A DNA stretch of 64,000 nt from positions 1-64,000 of IMG/VR virus record IMGVR_UViG_3300008050_000024; one strand, 5' to 3'. Each line of letters begins with the position of its first letter. Positions within the stretch are counted from its first letter, which is position 1. The notes beneath the pieces were generated by a model. The model was not told where the DNA came from, did no database searches, and saw nothing but the letters and a program-made list of their open reading frames with translations. Positions 8,976 through 17,260 of the stretch are shown here, piece after piece. The position numbers and the translations under genes are program-made. This DNA comes from a virus.

Positions 8976-9155
8976 CTACGCCACCTTAGTACAATAGTAA
9001 CACGAAATACAGACATCGTCTAATTTAGGAGGGTTCATGCGCGCATGAACGTGTACGGACAAGGGTACGGGGGTCCAGTCCTCGTAAGAGTCGATCCTAT
9101 CCGCTGAATTGGTCCAATGCCGAGAAACAAGAAAACCGTTGCGATCAATGTCCAT
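8976..9155 (-). CDS. Possible 59-aa small protein (below ORF-track cutoff)
   Basis: GGAG 8 nt before ATG; MDIDRNGF...CISCYYC. Confidence 0.35.
   Translation of the reverse strand: MDIDRNGFLVSRHWTNSADRIDSYEDWTPVPLSVHVHARMNPPKLDDVCISCYYCTKVA
8994..9022 (-). promoter_or_regulatory. Sigma70-like promoter
   Basis: TAGACG-17-TACTAT, followed by TGTACTAA. Confidence 0.55.
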
Positions 9156-9257
9156 CGTCCATTCTCCGTAAACATACAGGGCAGGGGGTCTGCGCCTTGT
9201 CCAGCAGGACTGTGCGCTTGTCGGTTAGGACGACCCCCGTCCCTTATGAAAATAATT

Positions 9258-9569
9258 TTATCTCGTCAACTCCCTAAAGCGTAAGTACGCCTCTCCAAGA
9301 TAAGAACTGATTCCCCTGTACCCGTAGGTATCGCTGATCGCCGACCTAAGCGCCTCTTGATAGTCTGAAAAGGATTTAGTAGAGGAATTCGTTGGTATCT
9401 CGTCCGGTTCCAAGTCCATTCCGCTCAAGTAAACAAGTACCCAATCACCCGAAATGCTCTTGTATATTGAAATCGTTTCAAACCAGTTGTGCCTTTCGGA
9501 AGGCTTCTGGCTGTTGTTCCAGTCGCTTTCTTCTTTCCAGGCCCGGCTTGTCTTGTTCGTAAGTTTCAT
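9258..9569 (-). CDS. Hypothetical protein, apparently leaderless
   Basis: ATG 6 nt after the -10 box; no RBS. Confidence 0.7.
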   Translation of the reverse strand: MKLTNKTSRAWKEESDWNNSQKPSERHNWFETISIYKSISGDWVLVYLSGMDLEPDEIPTNSSTKSFSDYQEALRSAISDTYGYRGISSYLGEAYLRFRELTR

Positions 9570-9575
9570 ACCTTG

Positions 9576-9604
9576 AGTATATGAAAACGAAGTAAAGCTG
9601 TCAA
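9576..9604 (-). promoter_or_regulatory. Strong sigma70 promoter
   Basis: TTGACA-17-TATACT. Confidence 0.85.
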
Positions 9605-9642
9605 CACATAAACGAAAATGAATTAACTCTTTTCATTTATTC

Positions 9643-9852
9643 CTAGCCGTACCACTTACCTACTTTGGCGTACAGCACTAAGATCTCCTGGGTCTTTTCA
9701 TACAAGTCAGGATGCAAATCCTGGGCGATAGTTTTGATTACTGCTTGAAGCAATCCGTCAGCGACAACATGATCTGCTTCTTTATCTCCTCCCGATATTG
9801 TCAACATCTTATCTCGGATTACGGTCAATTCTTCTAATCGTACTTTCTGCAT
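9643..9852 (-). CDS. Hypothetical phage protein
   Basis: D.EADH..AD.LL...VGKWY pattern; RBS GAGGAG. Confidence 0.7.
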   Translation of the reverse strand: MQKVRLEELTVIRDKMLTISGGDKEADHVVADGLLQAVIKTIAQDLHPDLYEKTQEILVLYAKVGKWYG

Positions 9853-9887
9853 GATAGACTCCTCTGATTTCGTTACAGATAAGCGCC

Positions 9888-10166
9888 CTAGGCCTCCACA
9901 CCACGGTAAAGGATCTCAATCCAGGACATACCCAAAACGCTGTCCGAATGCTTCATACTAACGAGCCCCAAAAGCCTTGAGCTGATGGCGATCACATTAC
10001 CAGGAATGGCCCCGTAGAAATCACCCGTGAATTTGACCCGCACATACTCGCCCACGGCTGACTCGATTTCCTGTGCGTTGATCCTGGTTACCTCCAGGTT
10101 TGAAAATGTTTTAAAATGCTTCCTAAACTCATTCAGGTCTACCAGCTTTTTTGAAGTCTTGCTCAT
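9888..10166 (-). CDS. Hypothetical protein
   Basis: RBS GAGG; directly downstream of the hammerhead. Confidence 0.65.
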   Translation of the reverse strand: MSKTSKKLVDLNEFRKHFKTFSNLEVTRINAQEIESAVGEYVRVKFTGDFYGAIPGNVIAISSRLLGLVSMKHSDSVLGMSWIEILYRGVEA

Positions 10167-10190
10167 ATCTCTCTATCCTCGGTCTACAGC

Positions 10191-10266
10191 GTCCTGGCTG
10201 ATCATCAGACACCGGGAGCCATCCCGGCATTACCCAGACCCCGGAGGGTCCAGGTTTCACACGGAC
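10191..10266 (-). ncRNA. Type II hammerhead ribozyme
   Basis: Minus strand reads GAAA, stem III (CCUGGACCC/UCCG/GGGUCUGGG), GUA cleavage triplet, stem I (AUGCCGGGA/UGGC/UCCCGGUGU), CUGAUGA; loop I UGGC can pair with downstream GCCA. Confidence 0.85.
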
Positions 10267-10683
10267 CTACTTTTTCAAATGGTTCTTCACAATACCTTCG
10301 AAGATATCCACAGCCTCCACCATTTCCCTCTTGAGTTTCGCCGTATACTTGATGGCGTCGAAAGTGTCCTCATGGGCTCCCAGTCGCTCGAAATGGGTAT
10401 CTAACACGTTCTCAAACTCTGAAGCTCTGGCGCTGATCTGTCCGACCATGTGATACAGCGGGAGGATAGGAAATAATGCATCCCATTTAGACTCGTTGAC
10501 GAGGTTCCCATCTTCAACCACCATAGCCTGGATCTCATCCCTGCCAACGATGCAAGTCTCCCCTGCCATCGTGGAATCGTCATACCCCCTTTTCATGAGC
10601 TCATCTTTGACTTTCCAAACGATCCCAGTGTCAGGAGTTGTAATGCACGCTTTCGATGTGATGATGTTGTCTTTCTTTTTCAT
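10267..10683 (-). CDS. Hypothetical protein
   Basis: RBS GGAGG. Confidence 0.7.
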   Translation of the reverse strand: MKKKDNIITSKACITTPDTGIVWKVKDELMKRGYDDSTMAGETCIVGRDEIQAMVVEDGNLVNESKWDALFPILPLYHMVGQISARASEFENVLDTHFERLGAHEDTFDAIKYTAKLKREMVEAVDIFEGIVKNHLKK

Positions 10684-10713
10684 TGCTGTTTCCTCCCCTT
10701 GATTTTAAGCTCC

Positions 10714-10938
10714 TCACTTAACTTCGATATTGGGTTTACTCAATGGACTTGATGAACCCCGGGCTCTTCGGACAAAGACCTTGTCGGTTTCTCGCCACCA
10801 GATCTTATGCCTGCCATCCTGGGCGATTTCAACGTCGGCGTAAAACCGACTGCCCAGGACTTCCGTATTATAGACTTTTTCGACTGTAGTCAACTTGCTC
10901 AGGGCCGTTCTGGCCTGTTGCTCCATAGTTTTATCCAT
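10714..10938 (-). CDS. Hypothetical protein
   Basis: Overlaps the stop of the upstream gene; RBS AGGAG. Confidence 0.6.
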   Translation of the reverse strand: MDKTMEQQARTALSKLTTVEKVYNTEVLGSRFYADVEIAQDGRHKIWWRETDKVFVRRARGSSSPLSKPNIEVK

Positions 10939-11494
10939 TTGCCTTCTCCTTTGCGCGCCTCTCGTCCTCTAAGACCGTCGCAATTCCTACGATGTGCTGT
11001 AGACTAGTAACCTTGCCATTCAGAAAGTATTTAAAGCGCCAAAACTGTGTTCCAAATTGATTGATCACTTCATGGGAATCTACGGTGACTTCCATTCCCT
11101 CGAAACGGCTGATTTTCAGTTTGTCAAAAAAGCGTTCCTTACTGCGTTCTAGTGCCTCCGTCAACTCCTGGACAATCTCGCTCATCAACTTGTCCGCTGC
11201 CGTTTTCGGTTTCCTGGGCAGCACGCCAATTTCCTTCATTTCATTACGGACTGCCACGAGTTCGATTACTTCATTCAAATGTCCGTAGCGCCTAAATATG
11301 AAATGATGCTTGTCACGTACTTGATGCAGTTGAAATGGCAATCCCCAGTATAGGGAGTCATACAGTTCGCCGTGCCTTTCATCTGGGCCGGTGAATTCCT
11401 GTAGAATCTTTGTCCTTACTGTGTCCTCCAGTTTGTCATACGCCCTGGACACTTTTTCAAGTTCCCTGCTCTTCGCTGCTTTTGAAACGAACAT
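10931..11494 (-). CDS. Hypothetical protein
   Basis: ATG 11494 after AGGAGG. Confidence 0.7.
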   Translation of the reverse strand: MFVSKAAKSRELEKVSRAYDKLEDTVRTKILQEFTGPDERHGELYDSLYWGLPFQLHQVRDKHHFIFRRYGHLNEVIELVAVRNEMKEIGVLPRKPKTAADKLMSEIVQELTEALERSKERFFDKLKISRFEGMEVTVDSHEVINQFGTQFWRFKYFLNGKVTSLQHIVGIATVLEDERRAKEKANG

Positions 11495-11619
11495 ATTACT
11501 TCCTCCTGCCTGGCAATTCAATCACTGTCTTTTTCGGGCTGCCTACATACTGCAATGTCGGCTTACATCCCATTTTAGCACTGGCTACAAACAACGAGGC
11601 GGCTATCAGTAGCACCTTG

Positions 11620-11683
11620 CCTCTTGTGTGTATGTTGTTCGTACCCATGTTCTAAGTATAAGGAACAAACGAAAAAGACACAA
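11620..11683 (-). promoter_or_regulatory. Promoter plus conserved 41-bp leader, copy 1
   Basis: TTGTGT-17-TATACT; 35/41 identity to 12085-12125. Confidence 0.75.
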
Positions 11684-11685
11684 GA

Positions 11686-11720
11686 GGGTTTGAAAAAAGA
11701 ATTGAACTTTTTTCAAACCC
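11686..11720 (-). terminator. Terminator-like inverted repeat
   Basis: Perfect 14-bp arms GGGTTTGAAAAAAG/CTTTTTTCAAACCC just after a stop codon. Confidence 0.6.
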
Positions 11721-11726
11721 CGAGTA

Positions 11727-12077
11727 TTAAATGGTGCGTGACATGGAACTGTGATTGGTTACAGATCCATTCGGTTGTATGCTGATACTGAGATTGGCTA
11801 TTGCTCCTTGGCGCTTGTTGTAGTACGCCACTTGCTCGATTAAAACCGAGCCTTTTTTCTGTTCTGCTCGGTACAGTAAGTCCCGGATCTTTACGGTGGG
11901 CATCTGCCCAAAACTCAAACGCTCAATTGCATTCGTGTGTCCGTTTTGGTCCAAAACATAAATGTCCAAAAGATCCCAATAGACGCCCTTGCGCTTATGT
12001 CCTGGAGTGATGCAGTCTTGCTTGAGTTTGATTACCAGATCCTTTAGCTTGGATTGGTCATTGATGTGTGTTTTCAT
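11727..12077 (-). CDS. Hypothetical protein with its own promoter and terminator
   Basis: RBS GAGGAGAGGG. Confidence 0.7.
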   Translation of the reverse strand: MKTHINDQSKLKDLVIKLKQDCITPGHKRKGVYWDLLDIYVLDQNGHTNAIERLSFGQMPTVKIRDLLYRAEQKKGSVLIEQVAYYNKRQGAIANLSISIQPNGSVTNHSSMSRTI

Positions 12078-12084
12078 TCCCTCT

Positions 12085-12148
12085 CCTCATGTGTGTATGT
12101 TATTCGTACCCGTGTCTTGAGTATAATGACGAGGAGAGGGTATGTCAA
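12085..12148 (-). promoter_or_regulatory. Promoter plus conserved 41-bp leader, copy 2
   Basis: TTGACA-17-TATACT. Confidence 0.85.
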
Positions 12149-12156
12149 CTGTGTAT

Positions 12157-15100
12157 TTACATTTGCCGCTGTACCCCTCTAGGCAGGGGGCCTAATGGTA
12201 CAGGTGCCTTCTCTTCTATAGCGCCTTTTGCCCAGGACTTAGCCATTCGCCTCACTCTTTCGGAAACCGGGTTTCCCATATTAGACTCTACTTCGTCAAA
12301 CGCATTTACTGCTAGAGTGACCCGCTCCTCCACCAAACGCATAGTAGCTTCCAACGTAGTCCTGCAATCCTGTGGCAAGTCTTCCCAAGTTAAATGACTG
12401 TTAATGTTTTGAAGAATTTTCAGAATGTTAGTATTGGCTTCAATTGCTCCACGCGTTGCTTCTACTACTTGTTCCAATTTATGATCGTAATCATGTGCGA
12501 CTGCTAGAATGGACCTCTGTTGATATTCGGACAAATCACTCCAACCGATCTTTCTGGATTCCGTTGGCGTATCCTCTTCTACGATCTCATTGGCTCCGTC
12601 GCTGAGAGCTGCGAATAGATTTAGAAGGGTTGATTTTTGAAACTTCCCTTCTATTGTATACCTTACTTCTTCATTCAGTAACGCCAAGTCATCTGGAGTA
12701 GGACAGCGTCCCTCATCTCCTGGCTCAGAACGCATATCCCCGATACACAGGAACAAAATTCGTTGTGCAGCTATGAAGTGGGCTATATCACCCCAGGCAA
12801 CAAGACCCTGTTCTACTCCGCCCTGCATCAGTCTCAGTAAGCCTAGCGCCTTTTCTACAGAATTGATAACGGCATACTCCTCTTCCGGATTGCCTATAGG
12901 GTACGAGGATAAGTAGCCTTTCCCTATAACTACCAGGACATCACCTAAATCCAATTCCGCCCTGTCATACTCTGATTTACGATCCTCATCTTGTTCCTTC
13001 TTAAGATTCTCCCGCTCTGCTTTAAGCTCTTCAAGAATCTTTTCGTTTTTTTCTAAATCCCTCTCATAGGAGCCCTTACCCCTTTGCCACTCCTCTATCA
13101 ATTCCGGAAACATTCGATAGATCCTGTCGCGCAAGGATTCGGGAGACTGCACAAAATACTGCAAGGCATTCACCAGCGCCTTAGAGTTACTTACAGGGGG
13201 CAAAGAAGTTGATGCGAAAACTCGCAAGGCTTCTGTCGTAAACCTCATCTGCTCTGATACATATTTTGCATTAGGATCACATTTAAAATCAGTCTGCCAC
13301 TTCGCCTGCAATGACAGGAACCGACACATAGTCCTTCCTGTAAAGAAATGCGCATACAAGGCATCAAACATCACATGCAACGAATTGCACTCCTTCTCTG
13401 AATACGGTACCGACATCCCCCCAACCTTTTTGTACCATTCTGGAATTTCCCTATTCAAGTTCTCAGTATGTCCTATAGCATAGGATGGGCTTGATATTGA
13501 TTTGCTCTCCAATTTAATATCGATATCTGGAGCCCCCTCGTCGAAAGCTCCCTTCTTCTGACACTCGTACACCAGATAATCAAGTAGTATTCGGATACGG
13601 GCAAACAGTGACATATCATTATCAAATTGATCTATGGCCACCAGTATATCTAGGGACACCTTTACTCCCTGTTGCTCCGCACACACCACTGTCATGTTTT
13701 TGATGTGCTCCTCTACAGATAACACCAGTTGAAGCGTATTGTGTCCTTTCCTGGAAGCCTCGTGTTCAATACACTCCTTGTACTCTTTTTTCAGCCACTC
13801 ACATAAAACACGCATATGGTAGGTTTCGACAACATCAAACTCAATGTCCCCGCTGGGATATAGCACACCATGCCACTTGCGGAGATCCTTTTTTAATAGT
13901 CGATCTGCCGCTGTCTCTAACTTTTCCGTCAAATTAACCGTGCCGTAGAATTGGTCAAACGCCGCTGTCTGTGCTTCATTTCGAGTAAATACAGGAGGCA
14001 AAACGAAACAAGTCATTAGCACTTCTCGAATAAGAGAAACCGCCTTGTCCTTTCCTTCAGGGCTGTTTTCCAAAATATTAAAGGCCTCTACCAACGGAGG
14101 AACGGCTACAAGAGGACCCTGTAGATGACGTAAAACCGACTCTGTGACCTGATCTACTTCATGCTGCAATAAAACAGGAGGACCCTCCGAAGGGGTGGAA
14201 TCGAGGGGCTTACGAAAAAACGCAGTAAGATAAGAAAAAAGGAAAGAATCGATATGCTTCCGGATCAACTCCTCCTGTACTTTGTTTAGCAAAACAGGGG
14301 GCTTTGCTGCAAGGGGTACGAAACGAGCGTCACAGACTCGCATAACCAACTGATCGATAGTCCAATCGCAATGACTGTGTTGTTTCAATACCGTAAGGGC
14401 AGTGCCCAGTTCCAAAGAGAATTGCGATAAATCAATTGAACTAAAATGGGTCCGGGCAACTTTCGCCAAGATACCAACCTCGTCCCGTGTGATGCCCTTT
14501 TTGTATTTTTCTACATCGGAAAAAAGCAACTCGTTAATATGTACACATAGGAGATGCTGCTGGGACTCTGTCAGGGGAACATCTGCTGGGCGATCCCTCG
14601 TGACAATTGGCGACCCTGCTTCGGTGAGTTTCACTGGGTCTTCCTCAACAAGGACTTCGCCCCCTACCGCATTTGCCCAGGACGATAACACTCGGTACAC
14701 CGCATCCCGCTCTTCAATAGACTCCCATTCGAACTCGGCCGCCTCGGTTTTGTCCCGCAATCGTTCATAGAAGTCCCGAGCTGTCTCTGGTGTTACTTTT
14801 ACGTCAAATTTAAGAGGGTTAGAATCTGATGATTCCTCCGCAGGGTTGTTACAAAGGGGCTTCATTGCCTCCTGTATTTTATCCGTGCCTTCTTCAATGG
14901 AAGATACTCCGTGGGCGCCTACCGAAACATGCCCAAGGTACCCTTTGACGGGAGTGACTGATACTTTATGAGGAAGAGAAGCTGCCTGAATGGGTAGGTT
15001 GGTTGGTTCTTTCTTTGGAGCGGGAGGGACATGAGCGGGATCGCGTTTATCAATCAAACCGTAGACCGCATCCATACATCGATCCAGGTCCTCCTGCCCT

Positions 15101-15315
15101 TGCCATTTGATCATCCCCGAATACGCCAGGCGTTCCATAGTCGCCTTTAATGTCGCGAAAGAGTCTACACCCCAGCCTAGTGCTTTCGCATAAAGCAAAG
15201 CACGTACCGCTTCATCCCTTTCTTGATTGATCATCCTCGTCATGAATAGACCACAAGCGTCTTTCGCTAGTTGGAACATATCGACGCCCTCAGGCGGTTG
15301 CTGTTTTTCTTTCAC
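12157..15315 (-). CDS. Large orphan protein (~1050 aa) with internal repeats and a coiled coil
   Basis: Probable start GTG 15315 after AAGGAG; no recognisable catalytic motif. Confidence 0.8.
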   Translation of the reverse strand: MKEKQQPPEGVDMFQLAKDACGLFMTRMINQERDEAVRALLYAKALGWGVDSFATLKATMERLAYSGMIKWQGQEDLDRCMDAVYGLIDKRDPAHVPPAPKKEPTNLPIQAASLPHKVSVTPVKGYLGHVSVGAHGVSSIEEGTDKIQEAMKPLCNNPAEESSDSNPLKFDVKVTPETARDFYERLRDKTEAAEFEWESIEERDAVYRVLSSWANAVGGEVLVEEDPVKLTEAGSPIVTRDRPADVPLTESQQHLLCVHINELLFSDVEKYKKGITRDEVGILAKVARTHFSSIDLSQFSLELGTALTVLKQHSHCDWTIDQLVMRVCDARFVPLAAKPPVLLNKVQEELIRKHIDSFLFSYLTAFFRKPLDSTPSEGPPVLLQHEVDQVTESVLRHLQGPLVAVPPLVEAFNILENSPEGKDKAVSLIREVLMTCFVLPPVFTRNEAQTAAFDQFYGTVNLTEKLETAADRLLKKDLRKWHGVLYPSGDIEFDVVETYHMRVLCEWLKKEYKECIEHEASRKGHNTLQLVLSVEEHIKNMTVVCAEQQGVKVSLDILVAIDQFDNDMSLFARIRILLDYLVYECQKKGAFDEGAPDIDIKLESKSISSPSYAIGHTENLNREIPEWYKKVGGMSVPYSEKECNSLHVMFDALYAHFFTGRTMCRFLSLQAKWQTDFKCDPNAKYVSEQMRFTTEALRVFASTSLPPVSNSKALVNALQYFVQSPESLRDRIYRMFPELIEEWQRGKGSYERDLEKNEKILEELKAERENLKKEQDEDRKSEYDRAELDLGDVLVVIGKGYLSSYPIGNPEEEYAVINSVEKALGLLRLMQGGVEQGLVAWGDIAHFIAAQRILFLCIGDMRSEPGDEGRCPTPDDLALLNEEVRYTIEGKFQKSTLLNLFAALSDGANEIVEEDTPTESRKIGWSDLSEYQQRSILAVAHDYDHKLEQVVEATRGAIEANTNILKILQNINSHLTWEDLPQDCRTTLEATMRLVEERVTLAVNAFDEVESNMGNPVSERVRRMAKSWAKGAIEEKAPVPLGPLPRGVQRQM

Positions 15316-15338
15316 GTGTTTCTCCTTTGATAAAAAGA

Positions 15339-15556
15339 AAGTCGGTGGCTGGACAATAAAAAGGAGAGAATCAGAAACCTTTCTACCGACATAAGGGGTG
15401 ATCGAGTCCCTTCCAGCCATCCGACTTAGACTGTTTTGAAATGTTTTGAAAGTGTGAGGACCGCTATTCCCGTTTTTCACCACTAACAAGATAACAGGAT
15501 ACTCCTGCAAGCAATGGTCCACCGAGTGCGAACCTTGCTATCTTCTGGCCCTCACT
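15339..15556 (-). ncRNA. Structured leader or ncRNA with two long stem-loop domains
   Basis: GUGAGGGCC/GGUCCUCAC, AAGAUAGCA/UGUUAUCUU and AAGUCGG(A)UGGCUGGA/UCCAGCCACCGACUU followed by a U-rich tract. Confidence 0.55.
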
Positions 15557-15574
15557 TCTAGAGTGTACAAGATG

Positions 15575-15781
15575 TCAAACTAGAATGTCAATGGTGTTCA
15601 AAAATACATCTTTGAACTGGGATTTAGCTCGCATGAAACGATCGTACGTCTGAGGAGCTTTGAGTGCCGGCTTGCCGGTATATACAGGAGGGGGTTCTGC
15701 AGGTAGGAGTCCCGCGTTTTGGATTCTAACGCGTTCCTTCTTGGGAGGGAGTGGTGATATGGGAGTAGGTGTGATTTTCAT
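15575..15781 (-). CDS. Small Pro-rich protein
   Basis: ATGA overlap with upstream gene. Confidence 0.45.
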   Translation of the reverse strand: MKITPTPISPLPPKKERVRIQNAGLLPAEPPPVYTGKPALKAPQTYDRFMRAKSQFKDVFLNTIDILV

Positions 15782-16047
15782 TTCATAAATATATGATCAC
15801 TGGCGTTACGTATCATCAGATGGTAATCCATGCCTTCGTGATGATGGCTAAATTCCACAGGGTGTTTGCATTGGCAGGTCCAACGAGTACGCCCTATTCG
15901 ATTATTAACGACCACACGCCCTGTTTCATACGATGCTACGAGTTGATGAACTTCAACCAGCATGGGATTGAACAAGTTCCCGCAGGAACGGCACCAGCCC
16001 GAATTCCACCAAAAACTCTCAAGCCATTTGAAAAACCATTTGAACAT
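15778..16047 (-). CDS. Small CxxC protein
   Basis: RBS AAGGAG; CRSCG, CQC. Confidence 0.6.
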   Translation of the reverse strand: MFKWFFKWLESFWWNSGWCRSCGNLFNPMLVEVHQLVASYETGRVVVNNRIGRTRWTCQCKHPVEFSHHHEGMDYHLMIRNASDHIFMK

Positions 16048-16059
16048 AGATTCTCCTTG

Positions 16060-16100
16060 TCAAAAATAAAGGGGAGCTGGTAAAAACCAACCCCCCTTTA
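16060..16100 (-). terminator. Intrinsic terminator
   Basis: UAAAGGGGGGUUGG-loop-CCAGCUCCCCUUUA followed by UUUUU; G-U pairs form only on the minus strand. Confidence 0.75.
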
Positions 16101-16883
16101 ATGCAAGTCTAGACCCAGGGAAACACACACTGAAACCCAGACCAAGCAAACGTAGCTCGACGGAAGACTTGCAAATTCCAGATCAAAAAACACAACAATG
16201 CAAGCAAGCAGGGCTACCAGTGACATATACACGCATGGCAGTGGTAGCCGTTCTATATAGTTTAAGGGGTAAACATGAAAATGTCTACCCCAAGGTAAAA
16301 ACGCCAGGACAAGAGGCGAATCATGTCGTGGCGAAGAGGATAAAGCTGTATACATCCTTGTAAGCTTTACTGGCCATGTCAGGGGCCATCGATGATTGAT
16401 GGTAGGGGAAGTGATCCCCGCCTTCCCCTACCGTAGACAGGGTGTTTGGTCACCCTACCTTCGGATGATTTGAAGTGGGAATGCTTCAGGGGCCTAATCC
16501 CTACACACTCCCACATACTCCCCGCTAGGTATTTAAGGGATCCGGGTAGAAGCCTTAGTTCGCGCACACCTAGCGCCTATGGAGAATCGCCCATGCGTGA
16601 GCGATATCGTATTTTTGGAGCATTGCGAAAGTGTGTGTATAACCAGCCACAGCTATCTCAATACTCGTTAACCTGTAATCAGTCAAGATGTCGGTCAAGT
16701 AAGGAAAAACAGGTTTATGGATTATTTTGGTGGGCTGTTCAACGCTTGCATGGGTGCAAGAAGGTCGAAAACAGCCCACGGAGTGGAGTCTTGGCACTCC
16801 ACTCTAAGAGGAGTCCTGTCTCGTGGTAGGGCTACCACGAGATATCGATATTGGTCAGGCCATCACCCCCGACCAATTCCAGA
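16060..16883 (-). ncRNA. Large (~820 nt) highly structured non-coding RNA candidate of unrecognised class
   Basis: More than a dozen stems tile the gap; no ORF with an RBS; ends in a terminator. Confidence 0.7.
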
Positions 16884-17249
16884 TTAGTTGAACAGTTTAT
16901 GGGGAACTGTGGCCTTCGTACTCGATGTGATAGAGGGAGGGGAGAAAGTAACGTCGGCGCCTTTCCGTGCCACGTTAAAGGTTGCCCCCGTGTCTACCTT
17001 AAGAGATGCCTTACCACCATCTTTCAATTTCTTAATGATCTCCTGGTGCTCAGGGTGCAGTGGAATCGAATAGGAAATGCCTACTTCAATTCGCATATAC
17101 CGCCATTCCTTTTGTTTTTCATCGAAAGGAACGACAATCTCAGACGTCACTTTGATTTTCCCCTTGGTATAAACAACGGGCGGAGGTTTAAGTCCCTCCG
17201 TGACATTGCCTCTTGCTTCCTTTAATTTGCTTATCGCCGTCTGTGTCAT
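16884..17249 (-). CDS. Hypothetical protein, possible internal head protein
   Basis: Downstream of portal; N-terminal LKE/VTE. Confidence 0.65.
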   Translation of the reverse strand: MTQTAISKLKEARGNVTEGLKPPPVVYTKGKIKVTSEIVVPFDEKQKEWRYMRIEVGISYSIPLHPEHQEIIKKLKDGGKASLKVDTGATFNVARKGADVTFSPPSITSSTKATVPHKLFN

Positions 17250-17260
17250 GTAATTTATCC

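Noticed and set aside
9178-9250. Twister or pistol ribozyme
   Set aside because: The UCCUAA loop is suggestive, but the required P1, pseudoknot and conserved linker residues do not fit.
16098-16829. Short ORFs on both strands in the 16 kb gap
   Set aside because: They lack RBSs, overlap each other and show no protein-like motifs; dense stems explain the region better.
16060-16883. tmRNA, RNase P, tRNA cluster or group I/II intron
   Set aside because: No T-loop/CCA end, RNase P P4 consensus, P7 core or domain V was found by eye, and no interrupted gene flanks it.
16174-16884. 10-bp direct repeat AATTCCAGAT as a target-site duplication
   Set aside because: A 10-mer match in ~800 nt is plausible by chance, and no terminal inverted repeats or transposase are present.
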